In this document: piece by piece, positions 25,950 to 39,000 of the stretch
Layout: every line of letters starts with the position of its first letter
Numbering within the stretch: the first letter of the stretch is position 1
Source of the DNA: Sphagnum compactum
Lineage: Eukaryota
Length of the DNA: 64,000 bases
NCBI GenBank assembly: GCA_965153455.1
Contig: OZ234493.1
Location: 29,440,213-29,504,212, forward strand
Reading direction: 5' to 3'
Notes under the pieces: generated by a model
Databases searched by the model: none
What the model was told of the DNA's origin: nothing
What the model saw: only the letters and a program-made list of their open reading frames with translations
Made by a program: the position numbers and the translations under genes

Positions 25950-28900
25950 CATGTACATGCAACTTTATTAGTGTGGCCAATGTGTTTCTTTTTAGATTTA
26001 ACATTGTTGTTGTTGTTGGTTTGGGTATTTTGGAAAAGGATAAATAATATTGTTATTTATATTGTTTCTAAAATGTAATCGCATTTTGTGATAAAATATA
26101 TTTTGATTCTTTTAATCAATTCCAAATGTTATGTTATGGGTTGTTGCATACGATATTGTAGAAAGACCACATGATGAACTATCTATTTATTGCATGACAT
26201 TTGCATATTTGTATAACAATTGTTCAACATTTGTTAATTTAAAAAATAATTGTTTGATGTCATTGAGCAATATTTTTGTTAATGGTAGTTTTGAATAATA
26301 TATTGTACAATGTGAATCAAGTGCAAAAGTGTTTATTTTGATTAAAATCCAATGATTATTGTTGATGAAAACATGTTGAAAATATTTTCTTACAATTTTG
26401 TCTATTGTTCCCATGTTTGTGTAAGTGTGTTGTTCATATCTTAGAGATTGTAATTTGTCTTTATATAATATTTGCATAGCCATTCCCAAATGTTGGTCGT
26501 TTAACATCCATTTGAATTAAGAAGTATGTTTTCATCTTTGTTTGTTAATTGAAAATTTTCATGCCAATAATGTATGACATCATCATTATTCATGGCATTG
26601 TTTAAATCATCATTATTTCAATAGGGTTGTCATTTTTTGTTTTACACATTTCATGTTGCATTTGTTTCTTTTCCTTAAGGCATTTGGGAGTAATGGTTTT
26701 TTCAATGTTTGACATCACAACGGGTATTGTTGTCATATGTAATGACCCTTTTTAAAAATTAGCCTTGTGTATGTCTTGGATTATGATATCTCGTAAAATC
26801 ACGAGCCCTTTAAATAACGTAAACATAATAATGTTACATATATGTTGTGCATATTGGATTACATGTTGTTAAGTGGCTAATGAAGGTCTATCACCAAATC
26901 TTCAAATGTTTGTCCTTGAGTTTTGAAATTAGTCAAACAAAAATATGAGGCAAGTGGTAATTGATAATGACTAATATTAAAAGTTTTGGAAGTGTTTGAT
27001 CCTTGTATGGAATGATGATATTGGAAATTTCTAATTATCGGTGATATTGGTATGACATTCTTACGTAGACCTTTGAGGTTTATGTTTTGTAACATTTCAT
27101 GTTTTTGTATGAATTTATTAAGATTAATAAGAACGTTAATGGGTGGGTGCATTAAATTATCATGTTGAATCCAATGTGATTTTGTGAGTAAAATACTTTG
27201 GACATAACCAATTGTCCCTTTAAGAATTATTGTTTTTGGATATATGTTTTGAGTGATTATGACTTTCATTCCTCTATAAATCTTTAAGAATGGTGCTAAA
27301 TTTTGATTTTTATTTGTTGGCATGGTTTTCTTTATAATGAATTAGATGTCATTACGTATTGGATTTTTAAAATAAATATCAATAGCTAAAATTGTATAAC
27401 ATTTTTGTTTTAATGAATTTGAATTTATTTTTATGATTTGATGGTTGATGGCATTGCGTAATTCATTTCAAGGAACTATGAAGGTTGCCATCCTCCATGG
27501 ATTTTCAAATATATTTATTTAAATTAGAAAAAAATTGTGTTTTGAGTAATTCAAAGTTTGATTTAGAAATTTTCCCATTCTAAGATTTTTAGAAATGATG
27601 TGTAAAAGATGTCTGTGCTTTGTCACATTTGTTCTATCAATATTATGCTATTAGCATGAACATAATTTTTTCATAAAATTTTACCAATAATTTTCTTAAA
27701 GTTTGTTTTATGAATGCAAAGGTTGGTTGGATATTTGTTGAATACAATGGTGTATCAGTGATAGGTGGAAATTGTAAAAAATCGCCCATGAACATTATGT
27801 TCATCTCACCAAATGATAATATATTGGATTTTGATTTTTGCAATTTCAAATGTATTGTAGCAAACATGTTACAACTAACCATTGAAATTTCATCAATAAT
27901 TATGAATTCAATAGTTGACCAAATATCAACTATTACGTTTGATTATTAACAATGGCATGTTTTTCAATGGACAAGCCTAATAATGAATGTACAATTGTTC
28001 CACCCACTAACAATGTTGCATTTGCAATGTATGCCACAATGTGAATTTCTTGTTCATTATTCATTTCATAAAAAAATCTTGGATGGCTTTGATGACTTAT
28101 GTTTTTCCTATTCTCATAACACCTCCTACATGTTGTAATATTTGTTTCCTGGAATTCATTTGTGTGAACTTTTCAAATGCACGAACTTGTAATTTATTTA
28201 ATTTATATATTTAATTTATTAGTTTTTTAATGGACATTGGTGAATAAATATATTCATAAATTGATTTTATATTATCTATATTTGTATACGATTTATTTTA
28301 TTTATTTATTTCAATTGTGGGTACATGTCGTAGTTGAGGTTGTTGTGGGTTGTGATTTACATGTGTGTGATTCTTGTTTATATGTAGATGCATAATATCT
28401 GGCGTTGACATATTAAGTATATGATTTTATTTAATATATGGCTCCATTATTTTATATTATTTTGAGGTTCACTAGTTATCATATTCATGTCATCTATTTT
28501 GTTTTTTATACGTTTTATAATTTTCCATTGATTCAATTTTTCTTGTTAATTCAATTATATATTCTTTACTATTTGTGTTACATAATAAGTATTCCATTTC
28601 TAGTTGTTCAAATTTTGTTCTTGTTGTTTAGTATTGCATTGTATTATAATTTTGTCAATTTCTTCATGTATCATGTTTTCAACTTGTTTTAAATAGGAAT
28701 GATTTGTTATTGATTCATCATTTTCATTATCATGACATTCATATTTATTGAAATTCTAAGTAATTTAGTTGCATCTCTTGAATCTTTGCATTCATGTAAA
28801 ATTTTGATGTTTTTAATTATTTGTTTTGTAAAGTTGGAAAATTTTGAAAATGATTCATTCAATGTTGCACTTTCCATGACATAGGGAGGTCCTTTTTGAT

Positions 28901-29700
28901 ATCGAACAAAGTTCACCATGAAAAAAAATTAATAAAAGTTCTTCGAACATAATTTTTTGGATCATTTTTTTATGATGGTATTGTATAGCTTTGAATGACT
29001 AGTATTTTAGGTATTTTATATTCATATATAGTATGTGTTTTGTATTGAAGGTGATCCTAATGAAATCAATGACTACGAATATTATTGATTTTATTTGTTT
29101 TGCTAGAAAATTCATATGGAAAAAAAATTCAAAAATATTAGGTATTTGTTGATAATCGGTTCGAAATTTGTGTATGATATATTCTGATTTTTAAATTTTT
29201 TTGTCAATTGTAAATGTCTCAAAATTCTCATTTATGAAATTATTGTTTTTATTTTGGTTCATATCTTTGTTTTCTTGTTCATTTACCCGTGTTGATAAAC
29301 TATACCATGGTATATATGTGAAATCATAATCGATGATGTGATCTAATAAAATTTAATAAATAATTATCTGCTTTTGAAGTCGATATTTCTTGTTGGCCTT
29401 TAATTGTATTTAAACATCATATCAGTAAACGATGACTTTTGTTAATCAAATCATACGAGTTTATGTTATTATCAATTGAACTTCAATTTTTTGAATTGCA
29501 ATTTGTAAGAGGGAATACATGTGTGTAGGTTAGATGGATGTTTTTGTGATGTAATAAATCAATGATTTATTATATTTACTAGAAGCTATTATAATTTTTA
29601 GATCATGATTACATTTGGATGTTGATAATATCCATGGATTTGCATTATTTAACTATTTGTCTATTTTTTTAGTGCAATAGTCTAGTGTCATTGTCAAAAT
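25950..29700 (-). mobile_element. Helitron relic: Rep C-terminal region, PIF1 helicase and a C48/Ulp1-like protease segment
   Basis: Minus strand: NPWILSTSKCNHDLKII...SLIYYITK (Helitron Rep region), VGGVMRIGKT*VIKAI (Walker A), GGTIVHSLLGL, IIDEISMVS (Walker B), MGDFLQFPPI, QLPLASYFCLTNFKTQGQT. Then LNDQHL...NNNHWILI...SSCGL. Many stops. Confidence 0.85.
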
Positions 29701-29749
29701 GAGTTTCATTGACAGGCAAAGCTTTGCATGATTGAGAATGTGGGTGGAG

Positions 29750-31050
29750 TTGATGAAAATGCATCAAGTCCCCACATTCAAACCATCAAACAAATAAACA
29801 TAATGCACAATGCATCTACACACAACAAACGAAGACATATTAAAACACATTAAGAAAAAACACATTCAACTTTCAAGCTCCCAAAACCAAAGACAAAAAA
29901 TTTAAAGGTTTAAAGTTTAGGAGCTTACCTTCATTGTGAAATGCAACAGCTTCTTACTATTGCATGCTAAATCCAAAGTCCAAAATGTGGTTGTTGTTGC
30001 AAGTTGTGTCCAAAAACTAAAATCAAAGCAACAAAACATAGTAGCCAAGTAGCAAAACACAAAAGCGAAGCCAAAAAGAAATGCGTAAAACATTTAGGGT
30101 TAGGAGCTTACTTATCAATTAGGTTTCTTGTTTTTTCAAGTTGCGCCTATTGCATCCAAAACCAAGTAGAGCCAAGTAGCAAAATCAAGAAGCAACTTGT
30201 TGCTCCAAGCAAAGTCAAATTCCAAGAAAATAAAGCATTAAGTAAAGAGAAGCAAAATGTCAAGAACATTAAACATAGAAAAATAGAGTGCCAAGAACAC
30301 CAAACACTGAGAAGCAAAGTGCTGAAAGAGCACCAAGCACCAAGCACCAAGCACATAGAAGTAGAATGCTAAGAATGCGAAGCACAGAAAAGTAGAATGC
30401 TAAGAGTGCTAAACACAAAAAAATATAGTGCCAATAACACCAAACATCGAAAAGCAGAGCTCCAAGAGTGCCAAACACCAAGAAGCAAAATGCCAAACAT
30501 TAGAGAACAAAGTGCCAAAGTGCCAAACAAAGTGCCAAACATCTCAGAACACCACACATCACAAAGTGCCATGCATTAATATCAAAAGAAAGAACTTTAA
30601 AGCGCAAAGTTGAAGCAAAAATAAGCATTGAGCACAAATCACAAAGCATAAAAGTCCTAATGCCCAAAAACACAATGCCAAGCATTGCAAAATGCCACTG
30701 TCCATGCACCACAGAGTACCACCATCCATGCACTATAGAGCACCACGCACAAAGAATGAAAGAAAGAACATGTAACTTTAGAGTGCAAAGCAACTTGAAG
30801 CAAAGGTAAGCAATGAACAAAAATTACAAAGCGCAAAAACACAAATTGAGAATGAAAGAAGAAATTTCAAAACGCAAAGCAACTTGAAGCAATGGTAAGC
30901 ACTAAGCACAAATCACAAAGTGCAAAAGCACAAAAGCACAAAAGTCCCAACGCCCAAAACCTCTATGCCAAAAGCTTGAAAGTGACAAGTTCTTTGTTCT
31001 TCGCTCCTCTTGAACCTAAACCTAATTGAAAACCTTAAACCCTAAATGAA
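29750..31050. repeat. Low-complexity, A/C-rich minisatellite-like repeat region (likely internal TE repeat)
   Basis: Recurrent short motifs aagtgccaaa, aagcaccaa, aagcaacttgaagcaa and taggagcttac, with strong A skew on the + strand. Confidence 0.6.
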
Positions 31051-31349
31051 CTGCATATCCAACATTTTTTTAAACCCTAATCATTGGATATTAATTTCTT
31101 ACAATCCCTTTTAGCAATATGGTTAGATATAAAGATAATCAAACAAATCGGCATCCGGCAGTTGTGCACATTGCCAGTTATGAAAAGTGTAAAAAAATCC
31201 AGATATGTATGTATACATATGTGGCCATTGTGCATATGCATAACCGGATGAATCTGGATAATTGGACAACGTTGGCTTATACCTAGCGTTCTAGTCTACA
31301 AGAGCCTCATTGCCAACTTCCAATGATCTAGCATTGAAGCCATCCTAAT

Positions 31350-31570
31350 GGAATGGAAGTCCATCCATGAAAATTCAAGAAATCTTAGGATGAAATAAAG
31401 TTCAACCAAGAAATGTCATCATTAATTAATTTCATCCTTGGTGTACTTCAATCCACAAATTTATTTTTTGCATTTGAAGTCCAAATTTCATGGATGAACA
31501 TTCATGACATATTGAATGGATGAAGTAGTGTTGATGAAATTCTATGGACAAAAAAAATTATGGATGAAAA
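31350..31570. repeat. Dispersed repeat, copy of 1370-1612
   Basis: Direct sequence match to the 1370-1612 stretch. Confidence 0.8.
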
Positions 31571-33066
31571 GTTGAGCTTTCATGGAGTGAAGTTCATCCA
31601 AAAAATCATGCTTGCTAGAAGGGACATCCATGGGCATCATGGCCTTCAACAATGAGCTTGACATCCCTTTGCATACTCGAACAAAAACAGAAGGGTTGTG
31701 CTAGGAAGTGCTCCTCTCAACCAAAGACCCGTAAAGTCAAGAGAGAAAGAGAGAATGGAAGCCTGTGGAAAAATAGTAAAAATCAGGGGCAATCTGATCT
31801 TTTGGAACAGAAGAATCAGCAGAAAAAAAATTCTGGAAAAAAAATTCAAGCATTGGGCAGCTCAGAAAATTTTAACAGATGGGTAGCTTGAAACTCATTC
31901 AGGCAGTCCACGAGATGAAGTGGACTTGGCAATCTGGCAATGTTACCTCGGTGATGAGGAGTTGGCCACTTGTGAATGGTGACTTAGCCATATCGGTACA
32001 TTGCTATTGGTCAAACATCTTCCGGCCTTTAACCACTTTGGTGTTTGGGCAGCACCAAGATGTGTCTAGTCATCACTAGACACATCATCTTAGTCCAACA
32101 ATTGGGCAGCCAAGGGAAAAAAAAAAAGTAGACAAAAGTAGGAAAACAGAAAGTAGACAATACTTCTGTATTGTCTGCAATAAGTATTGTTGATTTAATG
32201 TCTGCCCTTAAGAGCTTTAGTAGGCATGAGGATATATTATGTGTCACTGATGGGAACTAATAAATGGCTATGATATATTAAGGGTGCATTTCATGGACCT
32301 ATATCACCTCGAACGAAAAATTAATTTAACAATGGATTTTTAGACTTTTTTTTATCAAATTCCTTTTGATAAAAGAAAGAATTCACAAGGGGGTAACCCA
32401 TTATAACAAAAATTTCCTTTAATAGTTTACCATGTAAAAAGAAGTCATTTCTTATTATTAGTTTGTATAGGTACAGATTTATGAAAAATATAAGGAAATG
32501 TTAGTGAACCAAGACATGATCAGTATCTTGGTTCAATATGTTTCTTCCTTGTTTGTTCATCTAAAACATGACATGACACCTTTTGATTCCACTACCAAGT
32601 TTATCCCAAACTCTATGCACACAACTCTCCTAACCCTCTCAATCAAATCTCTCATAAGTTTGTTGGAATGTGTAGCATTGAAAATTCATATACTTCTAAA
32701 ATTTTCTTTTGTTGGTGGTCAATTGGAACTTATGTTTTCTTGTTGCAATCGACTTAAGAAGGTGAAATGCCTTGGCAATTGTGTCATTTTAGGTTAAGGA
32801 TATTTCATTTTGATAATGCTTTGCTTAGCTTGAAGATTTTTGTAAAGAATCTTTTGGTTGGAGTGGAGATATTCAAACAACATTGTATTGCTTTGAAAAT
32901 TAACTATGGATTTTTATATACGTTTGTTTTAGGAAGGAGCTTTAAGATCTAGGATCATAAATATGGTTATTATATTCCATGAAAAATATGATCTCAATTG
33001 CATGCCCTAGTGAATTTATATAAATATGTATCTTTGATGTAATTTTTGGAAATTTTGTAGGGAAAA

Positions 33067-36000
33067 ATGAAACCCAAGAATGTTTCATCTTCAAACCTAG
33101 GTTTGAATTATGAAGACATTGGGGATGAGCATGGGCAAATGACATACATTGGTCCAATTTCCAAAACTCAACAACTAATTGAAGATATTATGATGTCTAA
33201 AGACCCAACAAGAATTCTTAAAACAACATCAACAATCCCTACCGCAATTGCAAGTTCTTCTAATATTCATGAAACTAAAACTGTTGCAAGTTTCATGATT
33301 CCAAAAATGGCACCACAACAATCAAAAACTCAACAAATGATTGAGTCATTCCTTGTTTCAAAGTCTCATGGAGATCAACCATTAGATGATATATTTTCAA
33401 CATTCGAATCACAAGCTCCAAAGTTGATGGTATTGGTCCAACCTTCAAGTTTCTTGGAAGATGGTATAGTTGATATTACCCCACGTACAATATATGTAGA
33501 TCAACCAACAAGTGATACATCTGATTCCTTAGAATCACAATCTCCACATTTAATAACATCTATTCAACTTTCAAGTTCAAGATCACCACCAATGGACGTA
33601 ATGCCATTAACTACAATCTTGTCATACCTGTCAACAAATGATACATCTCCAATTTCAACATCACATTCTCCAAACTTGATAACATCAATCCCACCATCGT
33701 TGAATTCACGATTCTTAATTGATGGTGGGATGTCACCATTAACAAACTTGCCCAAAGCTATTTTGAAAGTTGAAAATTTTGATGAAATACCTCCATTTGA
33801 TAAGGCACAAATATTGTTTCCACAAGGAGTTCCACAAGGTAGTCAAGAACCCCACTTTGTCAATGATATGTTCCAAGGTGATCACAAATTGAATGAAATG
33901 TTACCACCTACAATGGCAACAACATTACAAAATCCAAAGATGGGAAAGCCAATGCTCCCATCTATAACACAATTCAAACCAAAAACTCAACTAAATATTG
34001 AAATATTCCCACCAACATCGGCACCAATATTACAACCTTCAATGGAAGATGTTGAAGAAGGATCAATGGAAGAATCAGTGTCTCTCACTAAAGAAGAGTT
34101 TACACCAAAAATTCAAGTTGAAAATGGGATGTTCCCACCAACATGTGCAACAATATTACAACCTTCAAAGGAAGTTGTTGAAGGAGGTTTGATGGAAGAA
34201 TCAATGTTCCTCTTAACAACAGAACTTACACCAAAAACTTTATTAAAAACTAAGATGGTTTCGCCAACAGAGGCATTAATATTAAAACCATCAATAGGAG
34301 AGATTGAAGGAAAAGCAATACAAGAGTCAATGTCCTTCTCTACGAAAGAAATTACAACCGAAACTCAATTAGAAAATGGGATGTTCCAACCATCATTGGC
34401 AACAATATTACAACCTTTGATTGAAGAGGAGATGAAAGAACCAAAAGTGTTTCCATCTATGAAAAAGTCTGTACCAAATGCCCAAGTAAATAATTATGAA
34501 AATTTCCCATCTACATCAAAAACAATACTGCAATCTTCAATGAGAAAGGTGATGGAAGAACCGATGTTCTTGTCTACAAAAGAAATTACATTCGCAAAAC
34601 AATTCCCACCTAATATAACTACAAAGGCACCAATGTTCCCACCTACAACATTGGATAGGTCCCCACTTGAAATGATCACACATGTGATTGCACCACCTCT
34701 AATTGCAACGGTGCCCCTTCATTCTTTAGGTGAACAAAATATTCCAAAACTCCTTAATACATTTCCAACTACATCATCAAGGAAAGGAGAACATGATGAG
34801 TTACAACCTTCTTCAAATGTACAAAAGGAAGTTTCAAAAATCAATATGTCAAGTCATCAAAATTGTGCATTGTTACAAATTTCACAATTTGAAAAATTAC
34901 AAGAGCAACAACAAGACTTATTACATTTTCAAGATGATGCATTGGTGGAACATTTGCAATGTGTGTGTGCACCAGAACAATCATTTTCAAGCAATCAAAA
35001 TGTTGTGATATCAAAGAAACATTTGGATCTTAAACATGTAATGGAACCAAAACAAGAATTTTCAAATCATCAAGACATTGGCACATTGGCTACATGTTTT
35101 GAAATAAAAAAATGTGGAATTGAACCACACGATTGGAACCATGAAAATGAAGAATGTAAAACAACAATTTCATTAGAAACTAATAGCACATTGTCAAATG
35201 TCATATCTTCCAAATCCAAATATTGTCTACATTGTTTGGAATTGGATAACTTGAATGCACTTGGTTCATTACACATTACTACTATTTCAATGCCTTGTTT
35301 GACAAAAGGGGACAATTTTATTGGCAACAATAACACCACTTTTATACAACAATGTTATTTTTATGCTCACAAGGATCAAACACCAAGTAATGACAAAATC
35401 TTAAAAGCAAGACTTGAAGATGAAAGTGCTTCAGAAGAAATAATTTTTGCCACATCCACATGGCATGAAAAACAACATGGCCATGGCCAAGGTGGTGATA
35501 ATTGTGTTATGGATAAATTTGAACCAAGTTTTTCAAAACACAAATGCGGAAGCAACCACCAAATCCAAATAAACCATATGAACCCAAGTAATGATAATAG
35601 TTCAAATTGTTCAACACAAGTAATTTTCGAACTTTCAAAAACCACATAGGAAAGATTCAAAGGTTATTGCACACTTTAAGTTGTGATCAAATTGGAAATG
35701 ACAATCATCCAAAACAAGAACCATTCACCTTGGGGTCCTCATGGTTTATTATCCATGTTTGCAGTACAGGATTATCAATTTGTTGGGTCAACAATGGCAA
35801 ATGATGTTCAAATACACAACTCAAAGTATGATTGTCTTGTGAAAATTTCTTACTGACAAATTTTTTCAAATTGTTAAAATAATTTTTTTTTACACAATTT
35901 CAATTATATCATTCTTCACAAATATGCAATGTTTATGACTTGTTGTGCTGAATTTAGTGTTGTTTATTTATTAGGGGAAGAATTCAAGTTTGTAATGATT

Positions 36001-39000
36001 TGAGTCACATGGATTTGAAACTACACACAAGATTGTTGGAAGTTGTTGATTGCTTTCCTCTCCAACAATTTGCAACACAATTTTGCAATCTCAACTATGG
36101 GGAGACAACAGATAACATTCTCCAATTCATTAAGGCATAACTTTATAATTCCTATTTATTTAATATCATTTTTTTCATAGAAAATAATTTAGTGCACATT
36201 GACAAGTTGACCATGATGATATATATAATACAATTCATGACCAAAAAATGTGTGGTTGGTAGGAACCTTTGAAAGCACCATTACTTAAGTATGTGCAAAG
36301 TGGATGTATTGCCACCACTGTGTTTTCACGTAAGCTTTACATTCTTTTCATTTCCAAAATTTCCATTTAATATTCATTTGGGTTATGGATCCTTTTAAAC
36401 ACATAAATAAATTCCCCAAATTTCAAAATCATGTGTCACATTGTATCTATATGTAACAACTATGACAATAAGGGAAATCAAAGCTTTACATGACATTTTT
36501 AATCTAACTATGTGTCAAAATTGAGGTTGATGGAAATAGATTTGATGGCTTACATGGGAGATTTACCATCAAAATATGACAATTTTTATCATGTAAGCCA
36601 AATTTTATCCATGGGGATGAAACATACAAACTTGTCTGATGAAATATTCTTTCAAATTTGCAAGCAAGTCCACTACAACCCCAATAGGCAAAACTTCATC
36701 CTATGGACCCCAAATGGTTGATTGATTCAAATGACCTTTCATTGGTACAAACAATCATGTTGTTTTGGATTTTTATATAAACTTTCAACTAGTTGACTTG
36801 TTAAGCATTTCAAGAAATTGCCATGTCTATTATTGGTGTGAATGAAGATGTAGTAGCCATTATTGAATGTAAGACAAAAATTGACAAAATTCATATTGCA
36901 ATGAATAATTCTAATTGTGAAGTATTGTGTAATGGGTGATGAAAAGAGAACACAGGTTGAGTTGTCAAAAAGGATGGCAAGCATTGGCACTTTGTTGTGG
37001 CATTTTAACACCATCTTCTATCTTGAAGCTATATTTGGAGGCTCATCTAAAGCTTATTGTGTGACCTTAATCCTTAGCCTCTATAACCTTAAAACCTTTT
37101 TTATGCAAAACATTGTACATTTATTTTGGCAAACCATGGTTAAACTTTCCTCTTAATTATGCTTTCAAAATGGTTAAATATACATATTAATGTTATATGA
37201 TGCTTTAGACAAAAAGTGTTATGAATATCAAAAGAATAAATTTATAGGAAACTCATGATAATTGATTGATTATCTCTAGGTGGCTGAAGATGGATTTAAG
37301 GGGGCAACATTTATGTCCAAAGACCAACATACTTGTAATTTAGTTTGTATGGCATCTTATTGTCTAAAACGCATGAAGAAGTTAACTCAAAATGGGCCTA
37401 GGCAATTTCTTCCTTTACCAAAAGAAATCAAGGCAGTTGAGGTCTTTTTTTCCACTCCTCATATTCCAATTGACTTTTGTATTTCCACCATTATGAAAAA
37501 TGTAATGTTGCATAAATGAACTTCCTAAATACATTAAAAGTCCTTGCCATTGTCCAAGAGGTTCTCACTTGGTTAGTAAAGCACATGTCCTTTAGTCACA
37601 ATACCACCCATGTCCCCATTCCATACATGCACACATCCTATCCATGGCATGTATACTGTGCATTTGGCATTGCATGTAAACATATGCATGCATATTTCCT
37701 TGATCATGTTTTTATTGGATAATGGTTGGCTAGGGGTAGCCATGTGGCCTTGAGCACAATGGCAAGGCCTTTTAATGCATTTTCGACATTCATTTAACTC
37801 TAGTTTTGGGGTAGGTATCAAAAAAATTGCAGGTTTCGAACATGGCACATGCTACTATATCAACATGATGTAGAATCCTGGGCATGCCTTGGACACTTAT
37901 ACTTTATAAACATATTGGGGCCAAGCTTTTGATACTTGAGCTTGGGCCAATGTATTCCTCATACCTTTTATCACAATCCTATGAATTATGTCTTGATGAT
38001 TTAATTTGATAAATTGTGAATTGTAAATTCATCCCTAGAGCTAACATAAACTTTGTCTTTTGCAGAACAAGGAATACATCCATATCCATTTTTTTATTCC
38101 AGGTGGAAATTGCCAGGTTTATTCCACTTCATGTGCTTGATATTTCCAACAAGTTATTCACAATTGAGGATGACCATCAATGGTTTTCTTTTTTCCTTTT
38201 TTTTTTCTTTGCAAATTTTCAATATTAGAAATTTGATTTTTTTTTCCAATGATTAGAAAAATTAGTTGAAATTACACAAGAAAAACACAAATTTCCAATA
38301 TCAAATTTTTTGAAATTCTCAAAAAAAAAATCAGTTTTGAAATCAAAAAATTACCCAAAAATTCCAAGGTTTTTTGTGGAAAAAGATAAAATTTACAAGA
38401 AAAGAAAACACAATGAACATTTGACCTTGTTAAAGGAATTGGTATATTTGAACTCACCTTTTCACAATGGGCATGAATACTGCAGATCAAAAATATTGAT
38501 CCAATGAGCACAGCTGAAGAATTGACAATGGAAATGGTAAAAAAGATTGGTCTCTTGGAGGCCAAGTACTATGGCATTTTCCATGTCGACATGAATGGAG
38601 GTCTCCCTTGCACTTCATTTGAAGACCTTAAAATCTATAAAGTACCATGGAATTGGTTGTCTATTTTTTTTTGCAATGTGGAAAGAAAATTTTGACTAAT
38701 TTATTGAGACCCATCTCCATTAAATCTAAATGCATGGAAATTATATTTGACTACTTGGCTCTATGAGGTACCTTGTCCATTTGACTAGGCGGTGCTTACC
38801 ACTTCTTTTGCTTGTAATCACATTAGAAGTTTGATTCTATGTCACAAAGTTGTTTCTTCATATTTTTATAATAAAGTACAAAGAAATATGCACCTAAAAC
38901 CTAAGGCAGGATCATGGGTCCACAATATTACAAAGCTTCCATATATAAAGTTCAATGGAATTGAACTATGTTGAGAACCATGTTTTCACAATCATTTATC

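Noticed and set aside
30004-30842. Several 60-120 aa ORFs on both strands
   Set aside because: These are by-products of low-complexity repeats with no domain signal.
31630-32500. Short ORFs and possible upstream exons of the MyTH4-FERM gene
   Set aside because: I could not build a stop-free, phase-consistent chain to the acceptor at 33060, so the 5' end is left unresolved.
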